DNA of 64,000 nucleotides, from positions 20,646,001-20,710,000 of the forward strand of contig CM022670.1 in assembly GCA_012295275.1 (NCBI GenBank), given 5' to 3'. A program made the translations under genes and the position numbers. Shown piece after piece: positions 14,162-28,280 of the stretch (position 1 is its first letter; every line of letters begins with the position of its first letter). The notes beneath the pieces were generated by a model. That model was not told the origin of the DNA. It did not search any database and saw nothing but the letters and a program-made list of their open reading frames with translations. The DNA is from Chrysomallon squamiferum (Eukaryota > Animalia > Mollusca).

Positions 14162-14402
14162 CCGCAACAAGCAAACACATAGAAAAATCTTTGTCCATAA
14201 AAAAAATGTGATAAACAATGCAAACTCTATTACTAACAAATGTTTTTAAAATGTATCACTTTAATATTACTGTGAAATAAGACATCTTATTTAATTTTTG
14301 GCCATCATAACTCCTATAACCATATTCCTATGTGATGGCTCAGTGAAGATTGTTGTCAAATATTATTGTTAGCTAATTTTGTTATTATTTCAAATGACTC
14401 AC

Positions 14403-14523
14403 TGTCTTGCATGTGACCATTTGGTATTGTTCCATAATCTGTTGTTGACTGTGATTTTTCTGCTTTCATCTCCAAGTCAAGCAAGTCCTGGTTGAAAACA
14501 TTACCTCGAACTTTCTCATGATC
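14403..14523 (-). CDS. Otoferlin-like linker exon DHEKVRGNVF...NGHMQD
   Basis: atag|GAT...GAC A|gtgagt, 121 nt, phase 0-1, which fits the neighbouring exons. Confidence 0.75.
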
Positions 14524-16796
14524 CTATGAAATAATATTTACATATATCAATGAAAATGATGGATATATGGAAAGTTTAATGAAAAATTTAATAAAATGGC
14601 TGGCATATGAAAATAAAAAGATGAAATAGTATAGAAAAATAAATGATTACTGCTGGTATATGGTTAAAGGTGCATGAATACATTGAGAGACAGCTGAAAA
14701 AAAAAGATGTTATGAATTAATAAATAACAATAAACAAATAAATGAATAATATTGGATTAATTAATGAATTGATTAACTGAAAGACAAGAAAGATTTTATG
14801 GATGAATGAAATGATTCACAGAAGAAAAAATCTGGATAGATAAGTGAATGGCTGACTGGTAGATAAGAAATGTTTTCTAAATCAGTGAACAAACTGAATC
14901 CTGGAGATTAATGAATGGATGATGAAGGACAGAACAATTATTATCATATGATTAATAATGAATTAATAATGAATAGAAAACATTTTATGATGCATCATTT
15001 TATGCATTTTTCTAAACCATCTTTGGGCCAATAACAACACATTGCATTAAAACAATAAATATCTATATATAAATGAAATCTGAAAAAACAAAAATGAAAT
15101 CTTTAAGTTCTACATTTAGAAGTTTTTGTTATCACTTCAAGGTATATGTTTATGCTCATGCAAGTACGTTTGTTTGAATTAATCAAGAGCTCAAACTGAA
15201 GGTGTAAAAAAAAATAAAAGGGATAAGATAACAGGTTTAACTTTACTACATTATTTGAATTATAATTTACATGTAAAGAACAATATATATTAAAACTGAT
15301 CAATTTCCAGTCAAGAATATAATTTTCTCTCAGGTTTCCTTTTAAAAATACTGAATTAGTTTTTAATAACTTTTAATTTTATAATAATTAAACACTGATA
15401 TAGTTGTTCAAATAATATTAATTTTATTAACATTAAGATTGTTATTGCAAATAATTTTTTATTATTATTTTATTGATTGTTGTAAAAAGAAGTTTAAAAA
15501 AAAAAATATTAAAAGTTTAAAAAAATAAAAAGTAGAGACTTTGTATCCAGTCTAAAATAAATTGTATTAATTTAAAAAACATAAAGTAAAACATAGTAAA
15601 AAAAACAAAAAAACAAAACAAAACAAAAATCAACAAAAATTAAAAAGGAAATAAAAATATGTGTCTTTGAAAAACAACAATGCAACTTTCTTCTTTGCCA
15701 AATTCAGTATTTGAAAATTTAAAAATGTTGAAGTTTAGAAAATAATTTAATATTATGCTAAGGTGCACAAACATAAAAAAAAGATTTTAGGATATTCACA
15801 ATAATTTACTAAGCTTGAATCTGTGAAAACCTATTATAATTTAATAAATTAAATTAGTAAATAACTAAAACAAAATAAAATAAATCATAAAATTTTAATT
15901 AAAATAAATAAAATTTTAAAAGTTAAATAAATAAAAATAGCAAATAGTAAAGAGGATAATAACAAATACTTAACCATAATTCATTTGTATTTCATTTCAT
16001 TTTAATAAAAACCAATAAAGTGCATTTGTGTTAATGGACCATTTCTAGCAATTTGATTTTGATAAAAAAAAAAAAAAAAAAAAAAAAAAAATAATAATAA
16101 TATTAATAATAATAACCATCACCATTAATATATAGAAATAAAACAAACAATTCTTTTTAGAAAAGTAACAAAATTTGTATTTATTACCAAATATCTTCCA
16201 TGCAATAGTATTCCATCAGTTATCTCCCTTACAACATGCTACATGCCTAATAAGGGGAGGTAATGATGCAACATTTTAGACAACAAAAGTTCAAAATGAT
16301 AGTATTTTCCTTTGAATTACAGAAAAATTAAATTCATTTTTATGTTTGTGTTCAAGACGACTGAAGCATGCCAGAGTAGAATAAGTTTGAAAGGAATAGT
16401 TCAAACTGATAACAGTTTTTCTTTGAATTATAAAAATCAGAAATTTATTTAAATGCTTATTTTTTATGTGGATTCATGCATAAAATACTGGGTTTAATAA
16501 CATTATTTTTAAAATCTATTTTAATTACACAAAATGATTATGAAATACATTAAGATTTGGAAAAACTATAATTTTCTGAATATCTGACATAAAAACATTT
16601 CACTTCTATACATGAATAGATTTCTGAAACAAGTATAAATGAGAAATCATTTTTAAAACAGAATATAATCAGTATATTTTGGGCAGAAAAATAATAAAAA
16701 TAATAATATAAGAATAAAAAATAAATACAGAATTGAGAAAAAATATACAGAACTTAAAACCAAAAGGGAAAGAAAGAAGATGTTTTTGTTTGTTAC

Positions 16797-16814
16797 CTCA
16801 TCAGATGCAGGGGC
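16797..16814 (-). CDS. 18-nt microexon APASDE
   Basis: tttgcacag|GCCCCTGCATCTGATGAG|gtaaca. Phase 0-0 matches the flanking exons. Confidence 0.6.
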
Positions 16815-17567
16815 CTGTGCAAATAATGTGAATCAAACACAATGAATGATGCAAACAGTAACAATATAACTCTTTTAACAAAACTGTGTCCACATAAAAC
16901 TTTACAGAGACAAAATAAAACAATAAAACACAATAAACAATTGAACTCTATTAGTAATAGAATTTAGTGGAGTGTTTAAGTATACATTCTTTTTATTTTA
17001 TTTATTTGTTTGTTTGTTTGGTTGTGTGTTTACCATTTTAATTATTCATTTAATTTTAAGCTTATAAAATTTATTCCTCAAAGTGAGCATAAATTTTAGA
17101 ATAGAACATTTTTGATAAATAAATAAATAAATGATTAAAATAAAAGAAAAGAAAAAATAATAAAATAAAGAAAAATAAAACAAATATTTATGATTAAAAT
17201 AAGCCATTGTTATTATATAAAAGAGTAAAGGTAAAATACATATTTACAATATAATGTATTGACAAAATTTGTTATTAATTTATAAAGCAATAAATTTAAA
17301 TTTAATTAAAATATAACAACAATATATAGCAATTTAACTATGAACTAAAAATGTATTGATATATTGATTTATTAAGTAGAATGTGCTTTAATAATAAAAC
17401 AAACATGATCAAATAAAATAAAAAATTTTAAATTTAAATAAAACAGTAATAATGGAAAATGATAAACAATAGTCAAAATAAACAGTGAAAAAAAAGAAAA
17501 AGAGTAAAATAATAAATATGATATAATACAAATAAATATTACATAATAAAATGATGTAAGGAAATAC

Positions 17568-17714
17568 CCTGATCATGGTTTCCACAGAAGCAAAGTATTT
17601 GCTCCACCAATCAAGTCCATCCATATCTGGTTCATCATCATCCATTCCAGCTTTCTTTTTCTTCTTCTTTCTTTCATTTTCAGCTGTTTTCTGTTCCTTG
17701 TCGGTCATTCCACC
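17568..17714 (-). CDS. OTOF: Otoferlin-like exon GGMTDKEQ...[18 protein letters not shown]
   Basis: ttctag|GGT...AGG|gtattt, 147 nt. DWWSKYFAS is a ferlin signature. Confidence 0.9.
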
Positions 17715-17986
17715 CTAGAAATTTGAAAGAAAAAAAGTATTTAAAAATTGGATTGTTTCTAAATTTGTTATAATAGGTCCAAATTTTCATAAATTATATT
17801 AATCACCATTTAATGAACCAGGTTAAAAGTTCAAACTTAACAATAAGTCATTTTGCATTGATTTTTATTACAATAAATCCTCTGCATTTTGTTAACAAAT
17901 AATATTATGTATATATAAATAAAAAATATATTTATTCATTTTAAAATATCAAAGATGCTAATAACTGTTTAATTACAGACACTCAC

Positions 17987-18117
17987 AGAGTCTATGGTGA
18001 CACACTGTTCTTTGTTGACAAGTGGAATGTTCTCATCAATGCTGACAACAACATCTTCTGACTTTGTCGATGTTGTTTGTTCTGTTTTTATTATTTTAGT
18101 CTGTCCTATGCCTTTAC
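17987..18117 (-). CDS. Otoferlin-like linker exon GKGIGQTK...CVTIDS
   Basis: ttacag|GT AAA...TCT|gtgagt, 131 nt, phase 1-0, open. Confidence 0.75.
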
Positions 18118-20220
18118 CTGTAACAAATCATTGTTATTAATTCCTGGAAGACTGTGTGAAACAATAATATGTGTCTGTTTGTGTGTGTGTATATGTATGT
18201 CTCTGCTTGTAAAGAAAATAAAATAATAAAAATTAAAGTTATTAAAACAAAAAATGCTATTTCTTTGGTTTCAAACATAATAAAGGTACCTTAAAATCCA
18301 TAATCTTTTATTTCCAATCTGTAGCAGGTATAATTATTGACATAATTATTTTTTAAATATATAATAAACCCCAAATGTTTAGTGTTAAATAAAACTGACA
18401 TTGTTCACTAAGTAATTTTTGATATATTTATTACGTAAAGTTATTAATATTTACAATAAATAGTATATGTAATGTTGAGCAATTATTTCATAAATATTTT
18501 GATTGTCTGTAATAATCTGTTTTTCAAAGAACTGCTGAAATGAGAATTAATGTTGTGCTTAAGTTGATTAGTGAATCTGATGTAAATAAACTTGAGGAAT
18601 GAAATCTATCATTAAAGCCATAAAATGAATTTGTGAAATAACTAAAATGATAATACACTGTGATACTGTCTTCATTGTTACCTATTTAAAGTTATTAATG
18701 ATTAATATAACATGCCTATGAAGTTAAAATAATGTATATTTAAAAGTTATTTCATTTAGCAAAGTAACTAAGAAACAAAGCTTTTAATATCATTTTATGA
18801 TTTTAAATATCTAAAATTATTATCATGAAATTAAAATGAATAATAACAAATACTGTAACAGATTTTGAAATTATATAACTAACTGTTAAAATATTGCTAT
18901 GGTAATGTCAATAAAAACCTAAATACTTTTTAATATATATATATAAAACAAAAAAATTAAAGAGAATTTAGAAGATTTGTAGGATTAAAGTATACATTTT
19001 TACATTATATTTTGTTATAATCCATATTTTACATAATCTTTAAAAATTAAATTAATTTTTTTTTTTTTTTAAATATGATATTCTAAAAATCACGATAAAC
19101 ACTAAAGCAACATCAACTGGCATGTAAAGACTAAGTTTTGAAAGACCATTATTTATGTAATGGATTTTGAAGCGAAAGCTAAATATTGATACATTATAAT
19201 TCTAGCCCATTTAAAATGTAGATCAAACATGCATGCATACAATTATAAAATGTATATATATATTTTTTTTAAAGTAATAATTTTGAAAAATCCCAAAAAT
19301 TTGATTTTCATGAAAGTTTCTATGAAGTTTTGAATTTGTTTTGTTCTATAATTGTCATAATTAGGTATAAGGCAAAAATAAGTTACAAAAAAGGGCCATA
19401 AAAAAGTAAATAAATAAATAAAGAATAAAAGATAGAATGACAAACAGTAATGTAATATAATAAATGACTTTAATCATGCATCTTTTGTTAATGACAAAAA
19501 CATTTTTTTAAATCTGAAATAAATAAAAATCTTTTAAATGAATGATTATTTAATGTTTTGTATTTTACAGACAAATGATAATATATATTTAATATGACAG
19601 TCAGTGTAATGAAGATATGAGAGAGCAAATCTGGAACCACTCCTCAATACTCTTATCATTCATCAACAAGGAGTCTTTTAGATACATCATCTCACAATGT
19701 ATGCTTTGATAAACCAGACATAGGATTGATTTAACAATTAGTTGTATTTATCTGTACTTATTAACATGTCTGGACATGTAACTGTCATAATAATAATAGT
19801 GGTGGCAGTAGCAATGGTTATAGCAGTTATGGCTGTAGTAGCAGTAGTAGTAGTAGTGGCAGTTATCATTGATAGTGCTAATAATAATAATAGTAGTAGT
19901 ACTAGCAGTACAAGTAGCAGCAATAGTAGTAGTAACAAAAAGAATAATAATAAAAATATTAACAGTACTAATAATATTAATAGTTTTAAAATATTCCCCA
20001 AAAAACCTTATATTTATGATTTATATTGACAAATCAAAGTAAAATTATGGCCAACATTTTCCTATTTTATTAAAGCATCTACTAAAACTACTGGATGGAC
20101 AAAACAGACTAAAAAAAAAAAAAAAGCTGAAATGTTATTTGTGATCTAGGATTTCTAAACTTTTGCACTACTTTGTCACATCTAATTCATTCCATTCCAC
20201 ACCCACTACTGGCTGTTTAC

Positions 20221-20238
20221 CTTTTGATTTTTTGTTGT
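20221..20238 (-). CDS. 18-nt microexon (D)NKKSK(G)
   Basis: tttttgtag|ACAACAAAAAATCAAAAG|gtaaac. Phase 1-1 matches the flanking exons. Confidence 0.55.
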
Positions 20239-21852
20239 CTACAAAAAGGTGAAATAATTTTAATTAATTTTTAATTAACATTGTGCAGGCACTTGTACAG
20301 TTATATCAAAATTTGTAGTGTTATTTTGATAAATAAATAAATAAATAAATACAAATAAGCTGGTAAATAACAGATTAAAAAGTAAATAATTAAGTAAGGA
20401 AGTAATCAAATACTTAAATAACAATAATAAAAAATGAAAATAATGATGATGATGATGATAAAATCAGTAAGTAATTTAGTATTGTATTAATTAATAAGAA
20501 AACAGATGTTTAATAAGTAAGAAACAAATATCTAAATATATAAACAATATCTTCTTAAGTATCAAATATAAGGTTAAATAATTTTATTAAAAGTATTTTT
20601 TGATGTTTATTTCTAGTGTTGTTAATATTAATATTATTATTTTTATTCTACTTTATACAAGACTTTGTATATTAAATTAATTGTTATCTTATTGTGTTAT
20701 AAATTGTAAAAATAAATAAGTAAATAAATAAGAAATTATTTTACTTTGTTACCTTTTCCATGAAATAGTAAAATAATGTGAATTAATTTCATCAGATTAT
20801 GAAATATATAATATTGATATGAATTTCTTTTTTCTTTTTTCAAATTTTCCCCTTCGTTTTAAATTCATAAAATCAATAAATTCATTATCTTTATATCTGT
20901 AATAAAATGTACTCATATTTAAAAATGCTTTTCAGAACTGTATTAAAAACATCTTACTATATTTTGTTAACATTATTAATATTATTTAAAATTCTTTAAA
21001 TATTTTTAAACAGCAAAAAGTCTAAACAGAATATGGTGGAATATTTGTTCAAAATGTGTTAACAGACTGGGCTGCCAGCAAACGTGTTATTATTATTATT
21101 TTTTTAACAGAATGAGCATTAATAAGAACACCATGTTCTATGTTAATACAAAACACATTTTTAACACATTGTATAGTGTTAGTAGGCCTGAACCACATAG
21201 TTAGTGTGTCTTTCTGGTTAGCAATAAATTAACATAGTTTTGAAAAGGTGTTTAGCTTTGGTGTTTCAAAATTATAGGAAAATAATTTTATGCTTACTAA
21301 ACCAGCTTATAGAAAGATTAAACTTCAAATTATAGAAACAATATACAGAGGCAAACTAAACCTTTTGGCTATAATTATATTAATTAATTATTTAACATTT
21401 TTTATACTGTTTATTATTCCTTTTCAGTTAATTTACCTGATTGATGTTAATAAACAAGTGTTAACAAAATGGTTAATGTAACGATTATGATTCAGCAGTA
21501 ATCATAAAGGCAGTCAATTATGTATCGTTCATTTTACTAGTAAGTAACAATAATAAGTAGATTGTAACATATTAAAACAAAAGAAGAGAAGTAAAAAGAG
21601 ATCTGCATGCTGTTAGTAGAAGAAGTACGACAGATTTACAAGATGAAGACAACTTTTTTTTAAATTAACTTGTTGCACAAAACACACTGTGCCTTATGTA
21701 AATGGAAGTGTTGTGTTTAAATACAGAATGAAATCATGATTTTATTCCTTTTAAATTTAAAATAGATAAATTAATGATATATAAAAAACCCAAAACAATA
21801 AATATATTAGTTATTATTGACTAAATATATATATTTTTTCTGTTTATAATAT

Positions 21853-21892
<40 letters not shown>

Positions 21893-23284
21893 CCATGTAT
21901 ATAATAATGGACTCTGAAAATACATACCAGATAAAATTCAATTACTTTTACTTTTCTTTTAAATTATATATATTCCATTTTAAATGATTATAAAACATTA
22001 TCATTTTTACTTTTCAAGCAACCATGATGTTTTACAGAAATGATAAGATTTAATAATAAAATAAATAATAATAAACTTTTTATTAAAACAAAATTTTAAA
22101 GAAATTATTGTCCATAAAAACATGTATGAAAACCTCCCCTTTAGAACAAATTTCTTAAGAAAATTTTACTGTCAAAACTGATAAACCATTATTTTCATAT
22201 CATTTATATTTAAATTATTTTCTGATGAAGTGATACTTGTGCTGAAAAATTAAATGTTTTCATGATTCAAAGTGTTAGTCAATAAAGATCATGCCTTGAA
22301 AATCATAATATACATTACAAATAAATAAAATGTGCCATAATAATTTACAGTAAAATAAAATGTTATCTTCTACTGACTAACAAAATAATGTACAAAACAA
22401 AAACTAAGTTTCACACTTGAAATTTACTTTCTTACTAGGAATAGTTCTAGAAACAACAACATGGAGAAAATATGTGTATATGTGTATATTTATCCACACA
22501 CGAATATACTGTCTGTTCTTTAAAATCTACCTGTTCAAATTTTGTTTTACTTCCATAGATGATAAAACTTCTTTCAGTAAGAAATGCAAAGAAATTTTAT
22601 ATACACATTATCTTATGATCAATGAAGAAGCTTTCACTCATGATTGACTGAAATTGGAATTGTGTCAATGGTTAAGATAAACTGGTCTATAGGGTGTACT
22701 ATAGCTATTTTCTTGGACATTCCAAATAAGAAAACTTTTATATATGAAAAATGTATAGATGATAGATAATGATAATGATTATGATGATGATATTGATAAT
22801 AATGTCAAAAATGACAGATAATCATGATGATGATATTAAGGTTAATGAAAATGATAATAATAATAAAGAAAAAAAAAATAATAAAATAGACAAATATAAT
22901 AATGATGACAATACTCATGATGATTATAATGATGATGATAATAATAGAGACAGTAATGATAAAACATTTCATAAATAATGATGAAGATGATGAAACTTAA
23001 GATAAAGATGATGGTAATAATAATAAAGATAGTAATAAAAAAAAAATCTGACATAAATCTGATGAAAATGATACAGATGTTAATGAGAAGAGAATGGAAA
23101 CTGTATTAAGAAGCTGTTCAAATTATTTAATTTTTAATTTCTATTTGCTGGTTGTTAACAAAAATCCAGCCTCAAAACAAAAAACTTCTCCATGTTGTGT
23201 AATTCTGTAGGACTATTCTTTGAAGAAAGCAGCACTGTTCATTGTTTCACTGTGAACATTTCACAAACTGCTGTCCATCCTTAC

Positions 23285-23456
23285 CTGGGAACAGCTTCTG
23301 TATCACAGCTTTGGCCTTCTTTGTAGTTGGCACATACATGAACTTGTGGATGTTGCTGATGACGTGGGTGCCCACCAGCACAAAGCATCCAAAACTGCGA
23401 CAGTCGACGCACCGAATTGTGATTGGTGGGCAGTAGAGTTCATTTTCAGGAAGTTC
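23285..23456 (-). CDS. OTOF: Otoferlin-like C2 exon ELPENELYCPP...IQKLFP
   Basis: ttttag|GAA...CCA G|gtaagg, 172 nt. Matches the otoferlin [24 protein letters not shown] region. Confidence 0.9.
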
Positions 23457-23566
23457 CTAAAATAAACAACAACCAGTGTTTCTTTTAATATTTAAAGTAA
23501 AAAAAAAAAAAAATTCATTTTAATTATTATACATGTGAAAAAACACAACACATTCTTACTACTCAC

Positions 23567-23728
23567 CACATCGAAGTATTTGACAGGGACGCTGAAGTTT
23601 GGGTTTTTCTTGCAGTTCTGAATGATGGAGGAGGCTAACACGTGACCAGCACATTCCACATCAATTCTAGGATGGTCCACAGTCTGCAGCTGGACTCTCT
23701 TCAAGTCTCGCACCCCACAAAACAGAAC
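23567..23728 (-). CDS. OTOF: Otoferlin-like C2 exon VLFCGVRDLKRVQ...KYFDV
   Basis: ccag|GTT...GTG|gtgagt, 162 nt. Matches otoferlin VLFWGLRDLKRV...KKNPNF. Confidence 0.9.
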
Positions 23729-24039
23729 CTGGCAAACAGTACTCTCTATTTAAATAGGTTTATAATATTAATATCATTATCAGTTGTCATCATTATCATC
23801 ATCAAACACTATCAAAATGATGATGATAATAATAATAATAATAATAATAATGATAATAATAATAAACAAACTAATAATAATGATGATGATGAACATCATA
23901 TAAATGATAATGGTATTGATATAACTAAAATAAAGATTATAACTCATTTCAAATTTTCTTTTAAAATTATGAAAATTACTTCAGGTACTGTTAAATTTAA
24001 TAATCTTTTCAATTAAAAAAATTGTGATAAATAACTAAC

Positions 24040-24162
24040 TTCTATTCTGTGTTTGCTAAGAATTGGTCTGATTCCTTTGGGGACAGGCATAATAGGACCT
24101 CTGTCCTTCCCAAGATCTGGCAGTTCCATTGGAGGCAAGTCTTGTTCACCAAAGGGAGCCAA
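24040..24162 (-). CDS. OTOF: Otoferlin-like exon [11 protein letters not shown]...[21 protein letters not shown]
   Basis: ctcag|TTG...GAA|gttagt, 123 nt. Matches otoferlin [21 protein letters not shown]. Confidence 0.9.
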
Positions 24163-25172
24163 CTGAGGAAAGGAACATAACTCAGAATGAAACTGTATTG
24201 TAAAATCATTTCATTTGCCTTCTTCATTACAACTAAATAGTTGTTAACAATTCCACAAAATGATTTTAAAAGGCCATATCTATAGTTTTTTATAGGATTT
24301 AAAAAAGTAAAATCAAAAGATAATATATGTATTTATATATATATATATATATATATATACATTATTTATTACATATACATATTTTCTGATTCATCAGAAA
24401 TATATCTAATATAAATAATCATGATGATGATGATAATAATAATAATAGAAATAAAAATAAAAATAAAAATAAAAATAATAATAATAAGTTATTATTATGA
24501 TAACATTTTTCTAATTTTTTTTTTTAATTTTAATTTTTCCTCTTAACTTTTCATTTCTAAATTCATTTTAATTAAACAGTAATGCAATTTTAAATCATGT
24601 TTATACCAAGCTATTTTCTGCCAATCAAATGTACTGTTGTAAGTCATAAATGTAATTTGCAAATTTATTTTAATGATTATCAGATGTAAAAAGTGTGCAT
24701 ATCACTGCAAACATTTGTAATAAAAAAAAGTGTGCACTCCAGAAATTTATATATTTTCAATTCCAAAGCTTAAATACTATAATAGGATATAAAAAAGTGA
24801 GAAAGAAAAAGAAAGAAAAGTGGAAATAGATTTGAAACAGATGTCAGAAGAAAAATGAAAATTCATAGATTAAAATAATTTTCAAAATAGAAGATAAAAA
24901 GGGAAGGAAAAAAAAAATCAGATTAAAAATATTACGACAAAAACTTTTAATATAAATTTTATTTAAAATATATATAAATATTCTATTGCAGGATTTCAAG
25001 AGAAAGCTAGTTGAATACATTAATAAAGAAAAGATAAATTAGAATTTTTCTTTTCTTTTGTTTTATATTAATAATGACAGTATATTTAAAAAAAATTAAT
25101 ATTATATTGAATTTTAAATATGAATATGTTTCCAAACTGAAGAATATTATGCCTTTGATTGCATGCATTTAG

Positions 25173-25219
<47 letters not shown>

Positions 25220-26023
25220 CACGCTCACACGCACACACACACACACACACACTTTCACTGATTTCTAAATTAGATGCATTTACAGAAAAAATTAAATAAC
25301 TGTTATATAAAATTTAATATTAATATTATTACTAAATTCCTACATTGTATTAAACAGTTTATTTAAATCACTGGTCAAACCTATATAACATTACTTTGTC
25401 ATGCCATATTATACCATTTTTATTTCTAAAATTTATGTCAGAAAAGAGTAAACTGAATTCATTTAGAGAGTACATGCTCCAAATGCATACAAAAGATAAT
25501 TCAAAAATGTACACTAGTATTTTTATAGTGAACAAGAATTCCAATAAAAAATAAAAGCAACAATATGAATGATACAACAACCATATCCACATACAATAAT
25601 AAGGGAACCACAGAAAGCAAAGACAATATTAACATAGTGAAATCAAAATTTGTAATTACAGCAGAATGTGAAGTATCTGAAGAATCAAAATTAGAAACAA
25701 TTGTCCCTGAATGTTAGATGTTTTGTTTTTGTAAATAATAATAATGATAATTGTAATATATTATTTAATTATTTAAAAATAAGAAAAATAATAATAACAA
25801 TAAATTAAATAATATTAATTGTGAACATTATTTTTAAAAGATTATCCATATATAGGTAGATAAAAAAAACCACATTTTAAAATTTTAGTTACTTTCAGTT
25901 TTATGAGATTATTAGGTAATATTATTCAAGTTTCACTTTTTTATTACTATTTATTTTATATTTTTATATAATTTTTACTTATAAAACAATGGTATATACT
26001 ATAATCTAAAAAAAACCCCACAA

Positions 26024-26065
<42 letters not shown>

Positions 26066-26174
26066 CAATAAATAAAATCAGCAATTAAATCTTACTAAAA
26101 ATGTGAAACATTTCTTGAAAAGTCCAATGCAATTTTAGTTTTCTTACTATTGCTCTTCTGGTACCCAGTTACAG

Positions 26175-27278
26175 TTACTTAATAATGCGAGAATTACCAT
26201 AGTAAATATATCTAAATATTTCACCAACGGTATTATTTAACGTTTTTATCATTTCAGAATTGTAATTCATCTTTCGATACTTAAACCACAAATGAATGAC
26301 ATAGTTCTTCTTTTTCCAGTCAAACTTTTCCCCGATACCATAAAGTAAATTCATTCCTTTTTTGTCATAATTAGGACGACAGATAGATGATTTTTCTGTA
26401 TGAATTAAATTTCTGAATTTGATAGCCAACTGGGCTGGAAGCTGAATCGAATGTTGGTTCCAGACTTTGTCATTAAACGTTGAGTAATTCGAATGCCATA
26501 GTTTCATGAAGTCAGACCAAAGTGCAGCAATGAGAACACCATTGCACAAACCAACCTCATTTTCGTATCCCATTACCATTTCGTATTTCAGTAAAGGATC
26601 CAAAGGTTTAACAACAATCGAATCCAAATCAAAATACATTCCTCCAAATTCTAGCACAGCTTCCAGGCGCATGACATCAGAGATATGTTGCGGAACTTTT
26701 ACCGGTCGACCATATATTTCTTTTGGAATTTCTTTCTTAATGAGATAAATATCACGAACCTTTTGTCGCATTTCTTTAAAATATTTTCCTTTTGGAATGC
26801 AATCAATCCATAAATATATTCGGTCAGGTTGCAAAAATTTCTGTGCTGCTAAAAATGCTATCATGTAATGAAACAGAAAAGGTTTCTGTTCCGGTTCAAG
26901 ACAGGAAAGCCAGATGAAGTGTACCAAATTTGGAACAACTCGTCGATCGTGTTTTATAGTTTTGTTATAATTCACTTGTGATGTTAGTATTTGTTTAAAA
27001 GTATTATTCCTGTGGTAGATATAGTATTCCACAGATTTATTTTCTTTGCATATGTTTGGTTCCAAGCATAAAGAATTATTTTGTTTGGAAACTCCAGAAT
27101 AAGTTTTTCTTACATCTTGCTTAGAATCTTGGAGAGTCTCGAATAGAGTCTTCTTTAAGAAATTTTCGAAATTTATATTCGAATTCAGAACGAGATAAAC
27201 CAAAACAGATATTATTATTAAATTGCAGAATACAATTTTGCAGAATTTTCTTTCACAAGTTACCGTTTTAGTGCAGTG
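26175..27278 (-). CDS. GT32-family alpha-1,4-glycosyltransferase-like protein, copy B, main exon (intact; ~370 aa with the start exon)
   Basis: Motifs VPNLVHFIW, HISDVMRLEAVLEFGGMYFDLD (DXD) and LCNGVLIA. N-terminal signal anchor IVFCNLIIISVLVYLVL. Acceptor ctctag|CAC TGC ACT AAA ACG GTA is in frame. Confidence 0.9.
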   Translation of the reverse strand, partial: HCTKTVTCERKFCKIVFCNLIIISVLVYLVLNSNINFENFLKKTLFETLQDSKQDVRKTYSGVSKQNNSLCLEPNICKENKSVEYYIYHRNNTFKQILTSQVNYNKTIKHDRRVVPNLVHFIWLSCLEPEQKPFLFHYMIAFLAAQKFLQPDRIYLWIDCIPKGKYFKEMRQKVRDIYLIKKEIPKEIYGRPVKVPQHISDVMRLEAVLEFGGMYFDLDSIVVKPLDPLLKYEMVMGYENEVGLCNGVLIAALWSDFMKLWHSNYSTFNDKVWNQHSIQLPAQLAIKFRNLIHTEKSSICRPNYDKKGMNLLYGIGEKFDWKKKNYVIHLWFKYRKMNYNSEMIKTLNNTVGEIFRYIYYGNSRIIK

Positions 27279-27733
27279 CTAGAGTAAAAGAAAAATACAT
27301 TTTTTTGAGTTTCAAATCTCCACATTGTATAGTAATAAAAATTAATTTTTATCTTTTCGAAACAACGTAGTAAATAGTAAATTTGAAAAATAACTATTTC
27401 TAACAATACTTAAGAAAAAGGTCTGATGTTTTAGACCATAGGAAACAATATCTTTGTCAACGTACTTTTCGTTCGTCTGTCAACAACACAACACAATATA
27501 TATATTCTACAAATATTTATGATAATATGTCACAAGAAAATGGTGTAAAACTGGTTTAACTTAGTATATCATTGATTGATTTTCCCAACCTCCTTATTAG
27601 AAATATATATCATTATAATTAATGTAAAATAAGTGAAACTTAGGTTTACTGGATGTTATAACATTTTAATTCTGTCCAAAATACGCATGTTCAACTGAAT
27701 ACAAAAAATTATAAGTATGTTCATGCTTGTTAC

Positions 27734-27742
27734 CTGATTCAT
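27734..27742 (-). CDS. GT copy B start-codon exon, coding part MNQ
   Basis: ATG AAT CAG|gtaac, phase 0, in frame with the main exon, which has ACG where copy C has ATG. Conserved in copies A, C and E. Likely acceptor ttgaacag at 27791. Confidence 0.7.
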
Positions 27743-27915
27743 CCTAGAATGTTTTGAGTACATGCCGAAGGCTCAAAACTCGGAACACATCTGTTCAATG
27801 AAAATTTTTAAAAAGGTCACTTTATACTTGTTACAAGTATGAATATGTTAAAAAATAAATAAAAAGATACAGACTAACAGATGCAATTTAAATAAATTAT
27901 TTTGAATATTCTAGA

Positions 27916-28280
27916 GATGGGGTGCCCAACCTGCGGCCGTGGGAAGGATGTCGCCTTATCACATTTAACATCTCATTTGAAATATAACGAGAGTGCATGT
28001 TAGTATAAACATTCATACACCATCAGTTTCCTCTGACTGTCAGAAGCTGTACACAACAAGGCGTCCAGTATTCATTTTTAGATCCGAAGATTTTAAAGTT
28101 TTTATTTAATAAAAGTAATAAATATTATTAAATCACAGAGGTTCATTGTTAGAAAATTACGCAAAATCATATATGTTGCGCTTTCAGATTTTACGTAATC
28201 ACAATTAAATTTCTGCGGCCGTAGTGCCAGGGAAGTTAAAGCGCTGCAGCCTATAAGATTAGAAAGTTTGCAAACCCCTG
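27916..28280 (+). mobile_element. hAT/Charlie-type MITE in a GT intron
   Basis: Degenerate TIRs ggggtgcccaacct ... agtttgcaaacccctg, flanked by ttctaga/ttctggt, resembling the Charlie NTCTAGAN target. Non-coding, ~365 bp. Confidence 0.7.
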
